Shown: positions 25,401-37,272 of the stretch, one piece after another
Position numbering within the stretch: the first letter of the stretch is position 1
Layout: each line of letters begins with the position of its first letter
NCBI GenBank assembly: GCA_000708835.1
Contig: DF237031.1
Span: forward strand, 124,001-188,000
Reading direction: 5' to 3'
Source of the DNA: Klebsormidium nitens
Lineage: Eukaryota; Plantae; Klebsormidiophyceae
DNA: 64,000 nucleotides
Notes under the pieces: model-generated
What the model was told of the DNA's origin: nothing
Database searches by the model: none
What the model saw: the letters and a program-made list of their open reading frames with translations, nothing else
Made by a program: the position numbers and the translations under genes

Positions 25401-28400
25401 AATCGGTGGCGGAAGGGGGGCTGAAGCGGCCAAGAGAGAGCAGCATGGATATTGATATTGAAGCGGCGTTTAGGGGCTTTGGGGGGACTGACGAATCAAA
25501 CGGTTTAGCGGGTCAAGAGGGGAGGGCAGAGGGGAACGACAACGGGAGCGAAGAGCCGTCGGCGAAGAGGCAGAAAGTTGGTCCGGAGCCGAGTCAAGCG
25601 ACGGGTTTGGAAGCGGGTCAAGCACTAACCGGGGTCCAAATGAACGGCGAGACCGCTCCGGAAGCGTCAGATGAGAAGATGGAAGAGGCAGGTTCACTTG
25701 CGGAAGCGTCTCTTGATGCGGCGGGGGCCCTCGAGGATTCGATCCTCGACTTCGATCCTGCAACTGCTCCAAAAGCGGAACCCTTGGAAGGAGACGCGGA
25801 AATAGACACGGAGATGCACGCAAGCCCCAGACATCCAACAACAGTTGATCACGTGCCTGAGGCCCTTGCGCACGTGTCTGAGTCTCCAAAAGTAGAGGAC
25901 AGGTGTCGGCTCGCGGTTGGGCGGCGGTTCTCCTCCCTCTTGGCAGCGGCCAATCAGGGACGGGCGCCCCCGGAAGTGTACCGCGCCGCGCTCTACCGGG
26001 CTCTCGCGCACTGCTCGCTCTGCATCAAGCATGACGTCATCACCCGGCAGCTGACGTCAGCAGGGGTCGCCTACGCCGAAGAAGTGGGCCTTCGGCGGCC
26101 GTCTTTCGATCTGCGGGCGAAGGTTCCGGGGCTTGATGGGGGGGATGACGTGGCGCCGTCGTGGCCGCCGGTCAAGGTGCTCTTGGGGGGCCCCGGGGTG
26201 CCAGGTGTCACCATACGAGTGGAGGACGGGTACTTGGGAGCATTGGCGGGTCTGGAAAGAAGATCAAAGGCGGGGAGCGCTTTGCGGGATGGGAGTGGGG
26301 TTGAAGACGCGTCTATTGATGAGGAGAAGCAGAACAAGGTTGATGAGGTTACCGAAGGGGGGGCTCGGGAAGGGGACAAGGAAACCGCTGACGCCCCCCC
26401 GAACCGAGACTGGCTCTCCCGTGGAGACATTCACTTCCTGGAGAGCGCCCCGGAAGATGCCCACATCCAGAGTGATGCGAAAGGGTTTGAAATCCGGGTC
26501 AAGCGGATAACCCCGAGTTTTGCTACGGACCTCGTTCGGGACCTCAAGAGGGTCTGGCTCGCCAGGGCGTTTGTGCTGCACCTAGCAGAAGCTTTAGGGG
26601 TCCTCTCTGGAGTGCATGCGGGCAGCGACGAGCTGGAAGTGCTGGCGGGGAAGCGGGGGGTCTCGGACTCCTGGGGCGAGGTTACGATAACCGGGGTGGG
26701 GTTAACCGACGTGGAGGTCCGGTTTGAGAACTTTCGGACGATCCTGATGTCCGTCACGTGGCCACGGACGTCCGGAGGAGCCAAGGTGTCGTTGCTGCCG
26801 CAAGCGCTGGAGACACTGGAGCATGTGAGTGGACTGCACTCTGTACTTTCTCCTATAATGCTTGCCTTTCTTTCTCCTGGCTTACTCTCAAGGTTTTCTG
26901 TCACCCTCTGAGAATCAGTTTGATTGTGTATCTTTGCTTCTGTTCTGAGCTGAAATTCTCGAATGTATTGTGGAGTAAGGTGTGATTTTGGGGTCTGTTT
27001 GAAGTTGCAACCCTCCAAGATGAAAAGCAGGCAGGGTTGCGTTTGCTTAACATCAGAGCCTTCTAGTGACCTTGTTGCTTTTCTGGAGCAGGGCTGCTTT
27101 GTGAGTTTGCGCAGACCTCTCGTAGATTGAAGCCAGGTCGAGCCTTTCGCAAAGACGTCGGAATCGAGTGGCCCTTGGCTTTCAGAGTGGGGCCGCAAGA
27201 GCCGCATCCATTTCTGATTCTTTACCTCGAATGGTGACGTATCTGGAAATGGCATGTCATTGTCGTCAAGTTTTTTGACAAGCTCTTCTGTGAGAATTCT
27301 TTGTGCAACAACAAACTCTGCTTTCTCCATCTTCGCAGCAATTGAACGAGTTTGTGAACGAAGGCGAAGTCAGTCGCCTGTTGGATGCCGTGAGCATCAG
27401 ATGTGCCGCAGAGGCTACTGTTGACATCCAGTTTCCAAAAGACAACGCCCAATTCAAAACCTTTCTCTCCGTATGGAGATGTTTTCAACACGTGGTCCTT
27501 TCACCCCACTTGCAGCAACTGGAAGAATTCGGGTGAACGAAGGCGAGGTGGCGCTTCTGTTGGATGCCGTCAGCATCACTTCATTGGCACAAGGGCTTCT
27601 GGTCAAAACCTCGCCACACACACCTGTAGTCTCTATTGGGCCCTCTTTTTGTTGCGGCTAAGGCTTTGCTGCCATGTCTCTCCCTGCAGCAACTGGAGGA
27701 GTTCGTGAACGAAGGCGAAGTCGCGCTCCTGTTGGATGCCGTCAGCGTCACTGCGGTGCCGCAGGGGCTGCTGGCCGAGTCGCTGCCGTGCACGAAACTC
27801 ATGCGCCGCGCCATGTACTCCCCAACGGAGGTCGAACTCAAGCTCTGGAGCCCATACCGGGTAAGCGATACTGTGTACTGCAGAAGTGCAGTTGCTAGGG
27901 TCCGGGAATGTTTTGCAACTGCTGATTTGGTGAAGGTGCACAATTCCTGTGGATCTCTTAGCCTTCTGTTCTCGGAGAGCTGAAATTGAGTGGTTTCCTC
28001 ATATAGAGGCCCTGGTCAACGTACGACTAGTACCTATGAGTCCTGACCTCTCATGAACTTACTCGGATCTACGGCTCTTTCTCTTCAAAATTGAGCGGTT
28101 GCTTTTTCTCCAAATAGCAAAGAACAGGCTTCCATGTCTTCAGTGTCTGCTGTACCTAAGGTTGTTTGGCAACAAACGTCATTACGGGAAATCTTTTCCC
28201 TACAGGCCCGCTTCACGTTCCGCAACTGCTTCACGCTCGAGATGCGCTGCTTCGCGGGGGCGCACGTTTGGCTGCAACCCGTCCCCCCCGCCGACCCGTC
28301 TTCTTCCCGGGGGTATGCCCAAATCCCCGGCTTCCAATGGTGCGTCAACGAAGAACTAGCTGCGGCGCGCACGTGTCTTGAGGGGGGAACGACTCCAGAC

Positions 28401-31400
28401 AAGGGAGGACCCCCGGAGAGGGGGGGTGCCGGAGACAAGGGAACTGCCGCGGGGGGGCAAGGCTCAGGGGAGACGGAGGTGGGGGAGAGTTTGGGGGTGT
28501 CGGAGCCCCCCCCCGAGAAGTTGGCGCGGTTCCGGAGCTTCGGACGGGCGAGCGGATCGGGGGGGTTGCAGAGCTTCCCCAGCTTTGGCCGGCAGGGGAG
28601 CTCGGGACGGGGGGACAGCGAAACGCTGATCAGGTAAGGATTCGAAAGTGGGCACTTGAAAATCCGAGTTGCTTTAAAGTCTAGCTTGTTTGACCGTTCT
28701 TCATCGGTGCCCTTATGAGGATAGTCACGTTTTACATTCCTTGTCTCGGTGTCACATACGTCAAAATGTTTCTCGCGGCAGCCAGCCTCACTCCCTTTGT
28801 GATCAGGTGAGAATTGTAGCTCGAAGCCCGACGTATGCAATTAGATTCCGCTTTTTTGAACATTCAACAATTCGAAGCTCGAGGTTTGCGTCAATTGTTT
28901 TCTTCTTCTCTGAAGAGGACCGCTCAGTTTGAGATTGGTCTTTTGCATTCTTTATTGCCAGCAGCCGGGCTGAAGCGTTTCAATATTTTCCAGGCACAAT
29001 TGAGACCCGTGTGCTTGTTGTGTAAACCGTGCTTAGTCTGGTCGTCGGTTTTCGTTTGTGTCTTTCTTTGTTTCCTTCCCGTTGGTCCTTATTGCGGAGT
29101 ACAAGTCCCGTATGGCCTCTTTCGTGGGTCCATAATCATCTCTCCTTAAAGGAACGGGTTGCGCTTGCTAAGCGTTATGAAAGGTTGGGTCCTTTGTACG
29201 GTGTTACGGCAATGATTCCATCTGCAGGGTCTGGGAGCTGCCAAAACTCCCAGACATTGTTGGTATAGGATGCCGTAGGCTCTATTGTATTCAAGTTGCT
29301 TTGCCACGCCCTCGACCAACTCGAGTTTCCACATCGCTCCAAACCGCTGCGCCAGTTGTTTAGGCTACTTTCCAATGCACACCAATAGTGGAGGTGAAAG
29401 GCGCACCGAATGGCGCACCGTTTCACGGCAGCGTTCTTCCCAGACTACTATTGATCACACAGTTAAAACGGTTCGGGATCAGATGAAACTAGATTTGGGA
29501 GCTGTCGTGGGCACTTCTATGTTGCAAGCGTCGTTCCGAACGCTTTCATGGTTGGTTTTCGCATGGGCCTTTCTCATGTGCCTGGAGACAAGGATGCAAA
29601 CCCAACGAGCTGGGAACCAGAGCGACCCAGCAATTTTTTCCATGCTGACGTCAGCGAGACCCTCGAATATCTTTTATCAGAATACCTGTGCAAGGCTGGG
29701 TCCTAAACTTGTTTGGCGGAAACGAAGCTCGCCTCCGGATCGTGGCTGATTTGTGTAGCCGGATAAAATCGAGGCTTTCGTTCCAGCTTCATGTCCCTCT
29801 CCTCTGTAAGTAGGATGTGTCGGAGGCTCCATGCAAAACCTTCCGTTTTCCCTCAGCGCTGAGCTTGACCATCCTACCGTTGAACTTTGGCTTTGAAGGG
29901 GCCGCTGTTTATATGCAGCCCTTCGGCTTTTGCAGCGTCCTCGAGCCTTTGGACCTTCCTTCCTCTTTGCCGCAAGTTTTGGCTGGCAGGTTTCGCGTCA
30001 AATAGAGTAGCTTTACCCGCGTTTCGGTCGAGTGATTGCGAGTGCATCTGACGAACCTGTATAAGCCGAAAAGCAATGGCAATGATACAAAGGTATGGCT
30101 TTGGGACGCAAGAGCGCAACCCAGGTAGGAGGTTGGGACTTCTGATGCCATCATCGTCAGTGGAAGAAAACTTGGCACCAACGTTTTGTTCCCATTGCGG
30201 GTTTCCTGGACCCAACCTCCACATGCCTCGTCAGATGAACTAGTCAATCGGTTTGAGTACACTTTCGCGAATGCCTCCTGGGAAATCTATCGGTAAACAG
30301 GCTGACGTATGCTCGCTGCTTTTGGTTATCTTGACCTGGGCCGTGATGTTATTCACATACTTGGGGATCTACAGCGCCTCCCAGAGTTTTCCCGAATCGT
30401 GCAGAAGCCCCTACTTTGACAATCCGGATATTTCTGTCGTTTTCCGTCGTTCCGTCGTTCCGTCTGTTTTCCGTCGTTCTGTGTCTGGTACAAACTTCAG
30501 AACAGCTTCATTGGGAAGGTCTGCTTTTCTTGCTCCTGCTAGCACAGCGCACGGATCCACGTGGCTCCTGCAGACCCAGTGGAGGGCTTCCTTCAGGGAT
30601 GAAGCTCAGGACTTTCTTCAACGGATCTCAAAATCGGGATACAAGAATGAAATGTTCTTCTTATCCATTTTGGGAACGCCCTGGCGGTGATGCTACCGAA
30701 GCCCTGAAAGACGACCATGTTTTCCAAGCCGTTTCCTTGTTCCGAAAGCAGCCGAGAAACCTTCCTGATATTTGCGAAGCAATGTGCATGTAATTTGCGT
30801 GGCCTCGAGTAAACAATACGAGACCATGATGCACACCGACGAGTTGGGACCACAAGGGTCCCACTTGTCTAGTTGGACGTGAGCTGATGTCACCTATCTA
30901 CCACTTTTCAAGTGTGGTCATATTCTGCAATCTAAAAAGCTCGATTCTCAAGGGAGAAATAACACATAGTGAATCCACTCTCTCAGCCGGCTGCTAAGCA
31001 CTTAGGCAGACCCGAAAAAGCGAGTAGATTTGCAGTCACCTTGAGGATCAGAGCAAAGAGGGAGCTTGCCGATCATTGAGGCTTCAAGAGCGTAAGCCGA
31101 CCCGAAAAAGAATTTGCGGCGGTGATGTCACTTGGAAACCGGGAGCAGAGAGCGTCTCCCATTTCTGGTTGGGTTCCTTGATTGATGCCGATGTCCAACT
31201 TGCTTGCAAGAATCGACTGCCCTGCTTGTTTACACTCACCAATCCGTGGTACCGTCAATCCGAGCGGTTTATGTTCCTTTGAATAAAAACTTCGAGGCAA
31301 TGATCGGCATAGATTCCGTGGGCACGAATCTTTCCCACAGGTGCGTTCGGTGCAGACGCCGCTCTCGTTCTGACAGGGACATTATCTAGAAACTCTTTGC

Positions 31401-34400
31401 GCACGGTCTGGCGTTCACGTTTTTAACAATCCAACAAAGTGGAATGTTCGAGTTCAAGTATAGCAAGAAAAGGTGCCAGAAAGTAATTGCCAGGAAGATG
31501 CCGGGGGACAAAGAGCTGCTTCTCTGCAGTCTCTGTTCAGCTTCTATACAATCTACGCGTTAGCAAATTTTGTTTCGAATGTATCGTCAACTCAAGCGTA
31601 CTTTAAGAGGATGAGCGTCCGAGGGTGCGGTCTGCACCTTGTCAGGTTGCGCAGCTTATACCATTGCGGTTACACTACCCTCGCTTTCTATTTTTGAAGC
31701 GTCCGGCTTGGCGAGGATGTTCGCAGGTAGAATCGTTCGGAAGCCCTGGAAGGAGTCCCATTTGTGAGGACATCTCATGTGATGCCAGCGCCTTACTCAA
31801 AACATTCTGTGCGAACGGCTGGTGTCAAGTTGGACCATTCCAGGCTTGATTTCTCGAGAATTCCCTGTCTGTGTCCCCGGCTTTCAGTAACCACCCATGC
31901 TCTTGACACTCGAAACCGGATTGCAACACGATTCTGAATCAAACTCCCGTCTCGCGAAGCGTCCACTCTGTGTGAAAGCTGTGGAGCACGTGAATATCCC
32001 TGAAGTTGGGTTTGTACGAAGATGCAATGGCCGTGATGCACAGGACAAGGTCGGGAAACAGTTTCCATTGTCTGGTTCTGCTGACGTCACTGATTCTTGT
32101 GAGCTTAGTTGAGCTCTTCCTGTTTGTTGGCACCGGCCTGCTTGGTGCCTGCAGCGTATAAATAATCGAAGTCTTCTTGACTGCGAGTTTGGATCGAGCG
32201 ATCCTAGATTTCTCTTTGTCCTTTGGGAATATTTGCTGTATTCCCTTGCTAAGTGCTTGCCTTTAACATACAGTCAGCGATTTGCGATTAAGGGGCGGCA
32301 GAATGTGTTATCGGGTGCATAGCTGCTCTGTGGTATTGATCGCCCTTTCTCAGCAACGGAAGGTCATCTCATTACTTACACAAGGCACTCTGCATGAACA
32401 ATAGATTGTGCGAATCTTCGGTTTCTCTTCGCAGCTTTCTGCCGACGCCCAAGTCTCACAGCTTGCGTGCGTTTTGACAATTGGATGAGCCGAGTGCATC
32501 AAGGATACCGCTTTGGATGCAACGGCATGTGTGCCATTGAGCCAAGAACGATAATAGTTGAAATCATTTGGCAGTGACGCTCTCACTCTGGGGGAAAATA
32601 CGAGAAACTCCCAAGATCCAGCAGCCTACTGATGTTGTCTAAAGTCTGCTTGTGATACTTGTTCAAATTTTATCGAAGTCCTACCGGCATCTACTGATTT
32701 GGCAGGACCCAAGAATGGAGGAACTACACTCAGTGGATGCGGCCGGTGCCTTTAAATCCTCGTCTCCTGGAATGGAGCCTCGGACCTGATTTTGAACGTG
32801 CTTGACGGTTCATACTGCGAGGCTGTTTCAATGCTTCATTATGCAGCAATCAGCCGTACGCGTCTTGGATGCAGACATTGATCCTAAAACGATGGTCTCA
32901 AAGTCTGTATCGTCCTATCTACGAGTCACACGCGTGGAACGACCCTGTTAACTCGGGGCATCCTCGTTATCAAGTGTGGCTTTCGATCTTTATTCTTCCA
33001 GGCAAGGAAGTCTCGCGATGCAATACCTTTCTTTCCGGCCCTGCGGAAAAGGGTTTTCAAACTCTTCTTTCGGCAGCGCTTACGTGTTTAAGATAGTCCA
33101 TTTCCTTTTCTCATGAGGGATCGACTGACGAATCCTACCTGATACTGTCGTCGAATTCACACGAACTTTGGTAACCTCATTGGTTTTTGCATATGGCAGT
33201 GATGCAGGACAAGCGATGGGAGTAGTGTCTCCCATAGATAATGTCAGCGCCCTCGTAGCCAGCCTCTTATGCGTTCTCTTTTGAGTGCATGGTAACATTT
33301 TCTATTGTTGCAGCTTGACTAATGTTATTGCTTCGTAACAGTGAAGCCTGAGGTTGTCGTTGTTTCCTTGGCTCGTACTCCGAAATCGGGGTAGGCACTC
33401 ATACCGGTTTACTTTAGGCCTCTGCGTGCACAGCCTTCGATAATATCACAGTCCCGAACAAAGAACAAGGAGGATGCATGTCCCATGAAGCACGAGCTTC
33501 TTTCGGATTGAAGGTCGGGAACTCCGCGTCTGATTAGGTCATGCAGCGGGCCAAGAATTCCTTCACACATCAAAGAAAATACGAAAAGACTCTTGAATGC
33601 TAGAACCTGCGATGAAGTGCCCATCTACTTCGACGTAACCGGTAGTGGCAATGATTTTGCAAACCGCTAGCTTGAGGACTGAAAGCGCCTCAGCAGATGT
33701 CGTCTTGACATGATGCCATGTCCTCAAGTTGCTGACACAAGTAATCTCTTCTCGGAAGCCTTTACTCTCCCTTGCCAATGGAGTCCCTCTTTCAGCATTC
33801 ATCAGATCCGAAAGAAGCTGATGTCGACAAGTTGCGCAGGCTATCTGAACAAGTTTAGGCTGTGCCCGTCTGAAAAACCCTTATCGCGGATTTGTTATGG
33901 CAGTGACGAACTTACGACTGAGAGCTAAAAGCCTGCTCAACGACACCCCTGATTCGACCGCCACAGCTTGTCCGTTGAACACGTCAGGCCTCTCTCATAT
34001 CCGAAGGGGAATTTTAAGTGGGGTCATAAGTCGGGACTTTTGCTTCTTCTACTTCCTCTTGACACGTCTTGAATCGCGTGGCGTTTTGAAGCTCAGTTCT
34101 TCAAACCGTAATGATCTTCTTCAAATGCATGCCAAGTCAGGCTCAGAGCTTGCAAGGTCTTCTACTGTGTTCCAGGGACTTTGCGTCTCGATTGCGCTTA
34201 CCTGAACAAGATTCCGCCTCCCAGCTATTAAACGTCAGTTTTGTTGAGCGAGTCTCGTTGTGCGGGTCAGGCAGAGCGCTGATGGCTATGACGCTTTTGA
34301 TCACATTCTGGAAGGATCCTTTTGGCGGCCATATATGATTCAAGACACGCTCAATTCAAATTTAAGTCTCCGGGGTTGAGTGAACAGTAGAGAAGCCCAA

Positions 34401-37272
34401 GCCGAAGGTTCGTAAGCCGTGTTGTGAAGACAATTGGCGTTAAGAGTAGATACGATTCTTGGCAGTGATGCTGGTAACCCGCCTGAGTCTTGTCTCAAAC
34501 AAGGGGTTCGTCTTTGAAGCCATGTACGTCGTTGTTGCACACTGTGTTCTGGATCTCACTGCTGAAAATCTCTTTCCAAGCTGCCAGCCCATAAGTAACT
34601 CTCCTAGCGTCAAATTTGCTTCCTAATCTTTATCAGAGGCTCACATGCCTTGTTTTGGGCCCCGCTCAAGAGTGCAGATTCGTTTGGATGCGATCCGCCG
34701 AAAACGTAATCACTTTGCCTGCAAAGCGCTCCTGCAATGCTGTCGCAACTTAGGGATCTGGTCGTCTGAATGTTCTAGACTTTTGTTCCATTGCTTTGTT
34801 GAGGGTTCATCAGTTTGCCGGTAGTCAGGCTCTCTCTCTGCTTCAGCATACTCAGCGTGACATGACACCCAACGTGTCAATCTTAGCACCTCCAATCAGT
34901 GTCTGGTAGATAGGCCTTCCAGCAGATCCGCCATCCTTTCCTAATAATGTGCCTCTTTACGTGCGACCATTCTAGCCGACCGTTCCTTATGTCCTGTTAA
35001 ATCTCATCTCAGTACAGTCTGGGGTTGTTTCGAACGACTATGCTACGAACCCCAATGGGAGCCGCCCGCTTGTGCCCAACTAGATGGTTTTCTAAACCCC
35101 TCACGTTTACAATCTGGGCTAGCCGCAAACCGCTCTTGTCTTTCCCTTTGCAGCCCCGGTTCCGTCTCAAGCGGCGCCCTCAAACTCCCCCCGCCCGGCA
35201 GCACTTTCCCTGGGGGCCGCCCACGGTTAACCGACACCGGGGGTTACGCCGGAATGTGGGTTCCGTGGTACGCCATCCCCCAGGTTTGCCGCGGGTTATG
35301 GCCTAACCTCGCGGTTCACTGGGCGGTCATCACGTTCGTGGAGTGCGTGCAAACGACGCGAGAGCTGCTGACGAGGGACAACGAGTGGCAGGTCCTGAAG
35401 CACGACGCGAGCAGACCGCTGCTGCAGTTGCGCTGCGGGTAAGTTTCAAGATTTCAGAGCTTAAGGATAAGGGCTTTAGATTGTAGATATTCCGGCCTTC
35501 ACGGGCGAGGGTCTCGAGTGGATCTGCCTACAAAGTCTTCTGTACTTCTTACGCTGAATGGCTTCGTGCTTACGCTTCATGAATGGGACGCTTGAGGGTA
35601 TTCGCTCTTGATGTGAGGGTGGCCATGCTGCATCAGAAGGAGCTTTTCGAGACGGGGCAGTTCAAGGTTTCGAGCTTTGACAGTCGAAGCAGCCAGGATT
35701 CTCAAGAGTTACATGAGAGGGTTCGAACGGCTCACGCTTTGATACGGTTTGATCTGATTTCAGGGGGAATCGGTTCTGCGTTCTGTGCTTTGAAGATGTG
35801 GGAGTTTCTGAACCTATTTGATTTGGCCGCTGCTCGCATTTGCGCATCATGTCATAGCTTTGCATTTTGTGGACCGAAGGACCAAGGCCTTATGTGTGAC
35901 GAGTCGCTGAGTAGCCGGATCGATCAGATTACACTGGAGCGTGCTTCCTTGCACTGGCAAAATAACGGCAGTAGGAACGGAGCCACAAGAACGAACCTTT
36001 CCCATTCTTTCCAGTGCCCGTTGGTCTCTTGAATAAAGACAGTCTCCAATCTTGGAGTTTTCAACCCTCTCGCGAAGGACTCTCAATACCAGCGGGCTTC
36101 TTACATCCTCCCGTAAGCGTAGACAAATGCTTGAAATAATCATTTATCAAGCTTCGGTCTTCCTTTGCTTTGATCCGGAGCTTATCCCATTCGAGGTCAG
36201 ACAACCAGACCTTTTCTCGCCCCTCGTCAATATGGACAAGTCTCTACTGAGTAGAGTATTTTAAAAATATCCTTTATTTTCGTCCAGGGGCGTAGCAATT
36301 CAGTTGAGCGCTTCCTTGAGCAGCATTCGGTCCAAGCTGTGGTCAGAATTCCTCAAGAGATCAGCGGTTTCAATTGCTCCAAATCCGTCGTGAGAGCTGT
36401 CATGATAGTAAATCGCTTCTCACTCCTCGTTAACACGGACAAGGTTCTGCGTAAACGGTTAACAAACAGGCGTTCTTTTCCTTCTTTATAGGAGCCTCGC
36501 CGTCCAGTTGAGCGCTAGCTCGAGCAGCATCCGGTTCAAGCTCCAATCAGGCACACAGCAGGAGAGCCCCATCACAAAAGTGGACGCCGCCGACCTCGAC
36601 GAATACTTCCATGCACGAGTCCTCCGCTCGCCGCACCACCGCGACCGAATCGCGTCTTTCGTAACCCTGCTAGCGCTCCCGATCAAGACCCTGCGCGACT
36701 TCGTCGGTTTGATCCGCTGGGAAAAGGTCGAGATTGTGGTTGAGAGAGACCGAGAGTCGAAGGGCCAGGGGGGGTCGAATGTGGTCGGGGAGATCTGCCT
36801 GGAGAAGAAGCCGTTGCCTCCCGGGGGGTCTGAGTTCATGGCGCCGTTCGCCCGGGGGGATCCCCCGGTCCGAGAGAGGGATCCCTCCGGGGAGAACGCC
36901 GAGGAATCCCTCCGGCACGTCGAGGGGAACGTCTACTACAACCGGAGGAAGGGCGTGGTGGACTTTGCGCTGGGGTTCGTCTGCCCGGTTAGTCATAACC
37001 GGGCACTCTGGCGGCAGGAGACAGCGCCCGGGGATTGGGGCGGGGGTTTGGTAGGACCTGAGCGGAGGTTTTTGCTGACGTGGCTACGGTGCTCGGTGCA
37101 AGACGAGTCGATCCAGTTGTTAGACGTGCAAGGGCCGCTTGAACCGACGGCGAAAGAGAGGCTGACTATGTTGATCACGACGGCTTTGGATTTGAATACT
37201 AGAGGAGAGAGCGAAGGGTCCAAGATGCAGCGAGCCGCGACGGCTATCCAAGCGACGCTCGTCAGCCAGTAG
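19492..37272 (+). CDS. MED14: Mediator of RNA polymerase II transcription subunit 14 (plant SWP/MED14-like), 9 exons, ~1980 aa
   Basis: Exons 19492-19740, 20816-20929, 21317-22488, 23204-23378, 24257-26824, 27690-27860, 28206-28633, 35154-35438 and 36492-37272 total 5943 nt with consistent phases. The N-terminal Med14 domain reads ERKLALLKYLVRTRQRLLRLHVLAEWAK..DAADQLFFLHAQLRQARAPIYDV..A.EVLTTGSYSRLP. Plant MED14 C-terminal motifs include LEMRCFAGAHVWLQP, GGYAGMWVP and RIASFVTLLALPIKTLRDFVGLIRWEK. Confidence 0.93.
20710..20782 (+). repeat. Direct tandem duplication (~34 nt) in MED14 intron 1
   Basis: gcgttgggcacttcttctgcactctttcttctcaa followed by gcgttgggccacttcttactgcactctttcttttcaa. Confidence 0.8.
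22999..23080 (+). repeat. Degenerate copy of the MED14 exon-4 acceptor plus 5' end
   Basis: gtttctttgagcaggacaggtcggtttgtgctgcaacaaccggtag.. versus the real ttttctctgagcaggagcggtcggtttgtgctgcgacaaccggtgg..; offset 189 nt. Confidence 0.88.
23801..24195 (+). repeat. Three degenerate tandem copies of the MED14 exon-5 5' end in intron 4
   Basis: Anchor motif (a)cggagtggccgctctcgac..gacggcccgtcgc..ttctctgctc recurs at 23823, 23971 and 24121 and in the real exon at 24267, giving offsets 148, 150 and 146 nt. Confidence 0.88.
27321..27625 (+). repeat. Two degenerate tandem copies of the MED14 exon-6 acceptor plus 5' end in intron 5
   Basis: gcagcaattgaacgagtttgtgaacgaaggcgaagtc..ttggatgccgtgagcatc (AG at 27337-8) and gcagcaactggaagaattcgggtgaacgaaggcgaggtg..ttggatgccgtcagcatc (AG at 27514-5) versus the real acceptor (AG at 27688-9); offsets 177 and 174 nt. 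Confidence 0.92.
30272..31400 (+). pseudogene. Possible decayed gene for a type II membrane protein nested in MED14 intron 7
   Basis: ATG at 30272 opens a 139-aa ORF with an N-terminal hydrophobic anchor (VCSLLLVILTWAVMLFTYLGIYS). Protein-like fragments follow in shifting frames (GGDATEALKDDHVFQAVSLFRKQ; VSHFWLGSLIDADVQLACKNRLPCLFTLTNPW) interrupted by stops. No family was recognised. Confidence 0.25.
36268..36365 (+). repeat. Degenerate copy of the MED14 exon-9 acceptor plus 5' end
   Basis: ccaggggcgtagcaattcagttgagcgcttccttgagcagcattcggtccaagctg versus ataggagcctcgccgtccagttgagcgctagctcgagcagcatccggttcaagctc; offset 204 nt. Confidence 0.8.

Noticed and set aside
26431-27330. 299-aa minus-strand ORF
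   Set aside because: Half overlaps MED14 exon 5 antisense and the rest is MED14 intron. No recognisable domain, so probably a chance open frame.
28099-28150. Peptide similarity IAKNRLPCL (28105) versus LACKNRLPCL (31200)
   Set aside because: The 28.1-kb segment is better explained as a decayed echo of MED14 exon 7 in another frame, and the nucleotide match to 31.2 kb is poor. Treated as coincidence.
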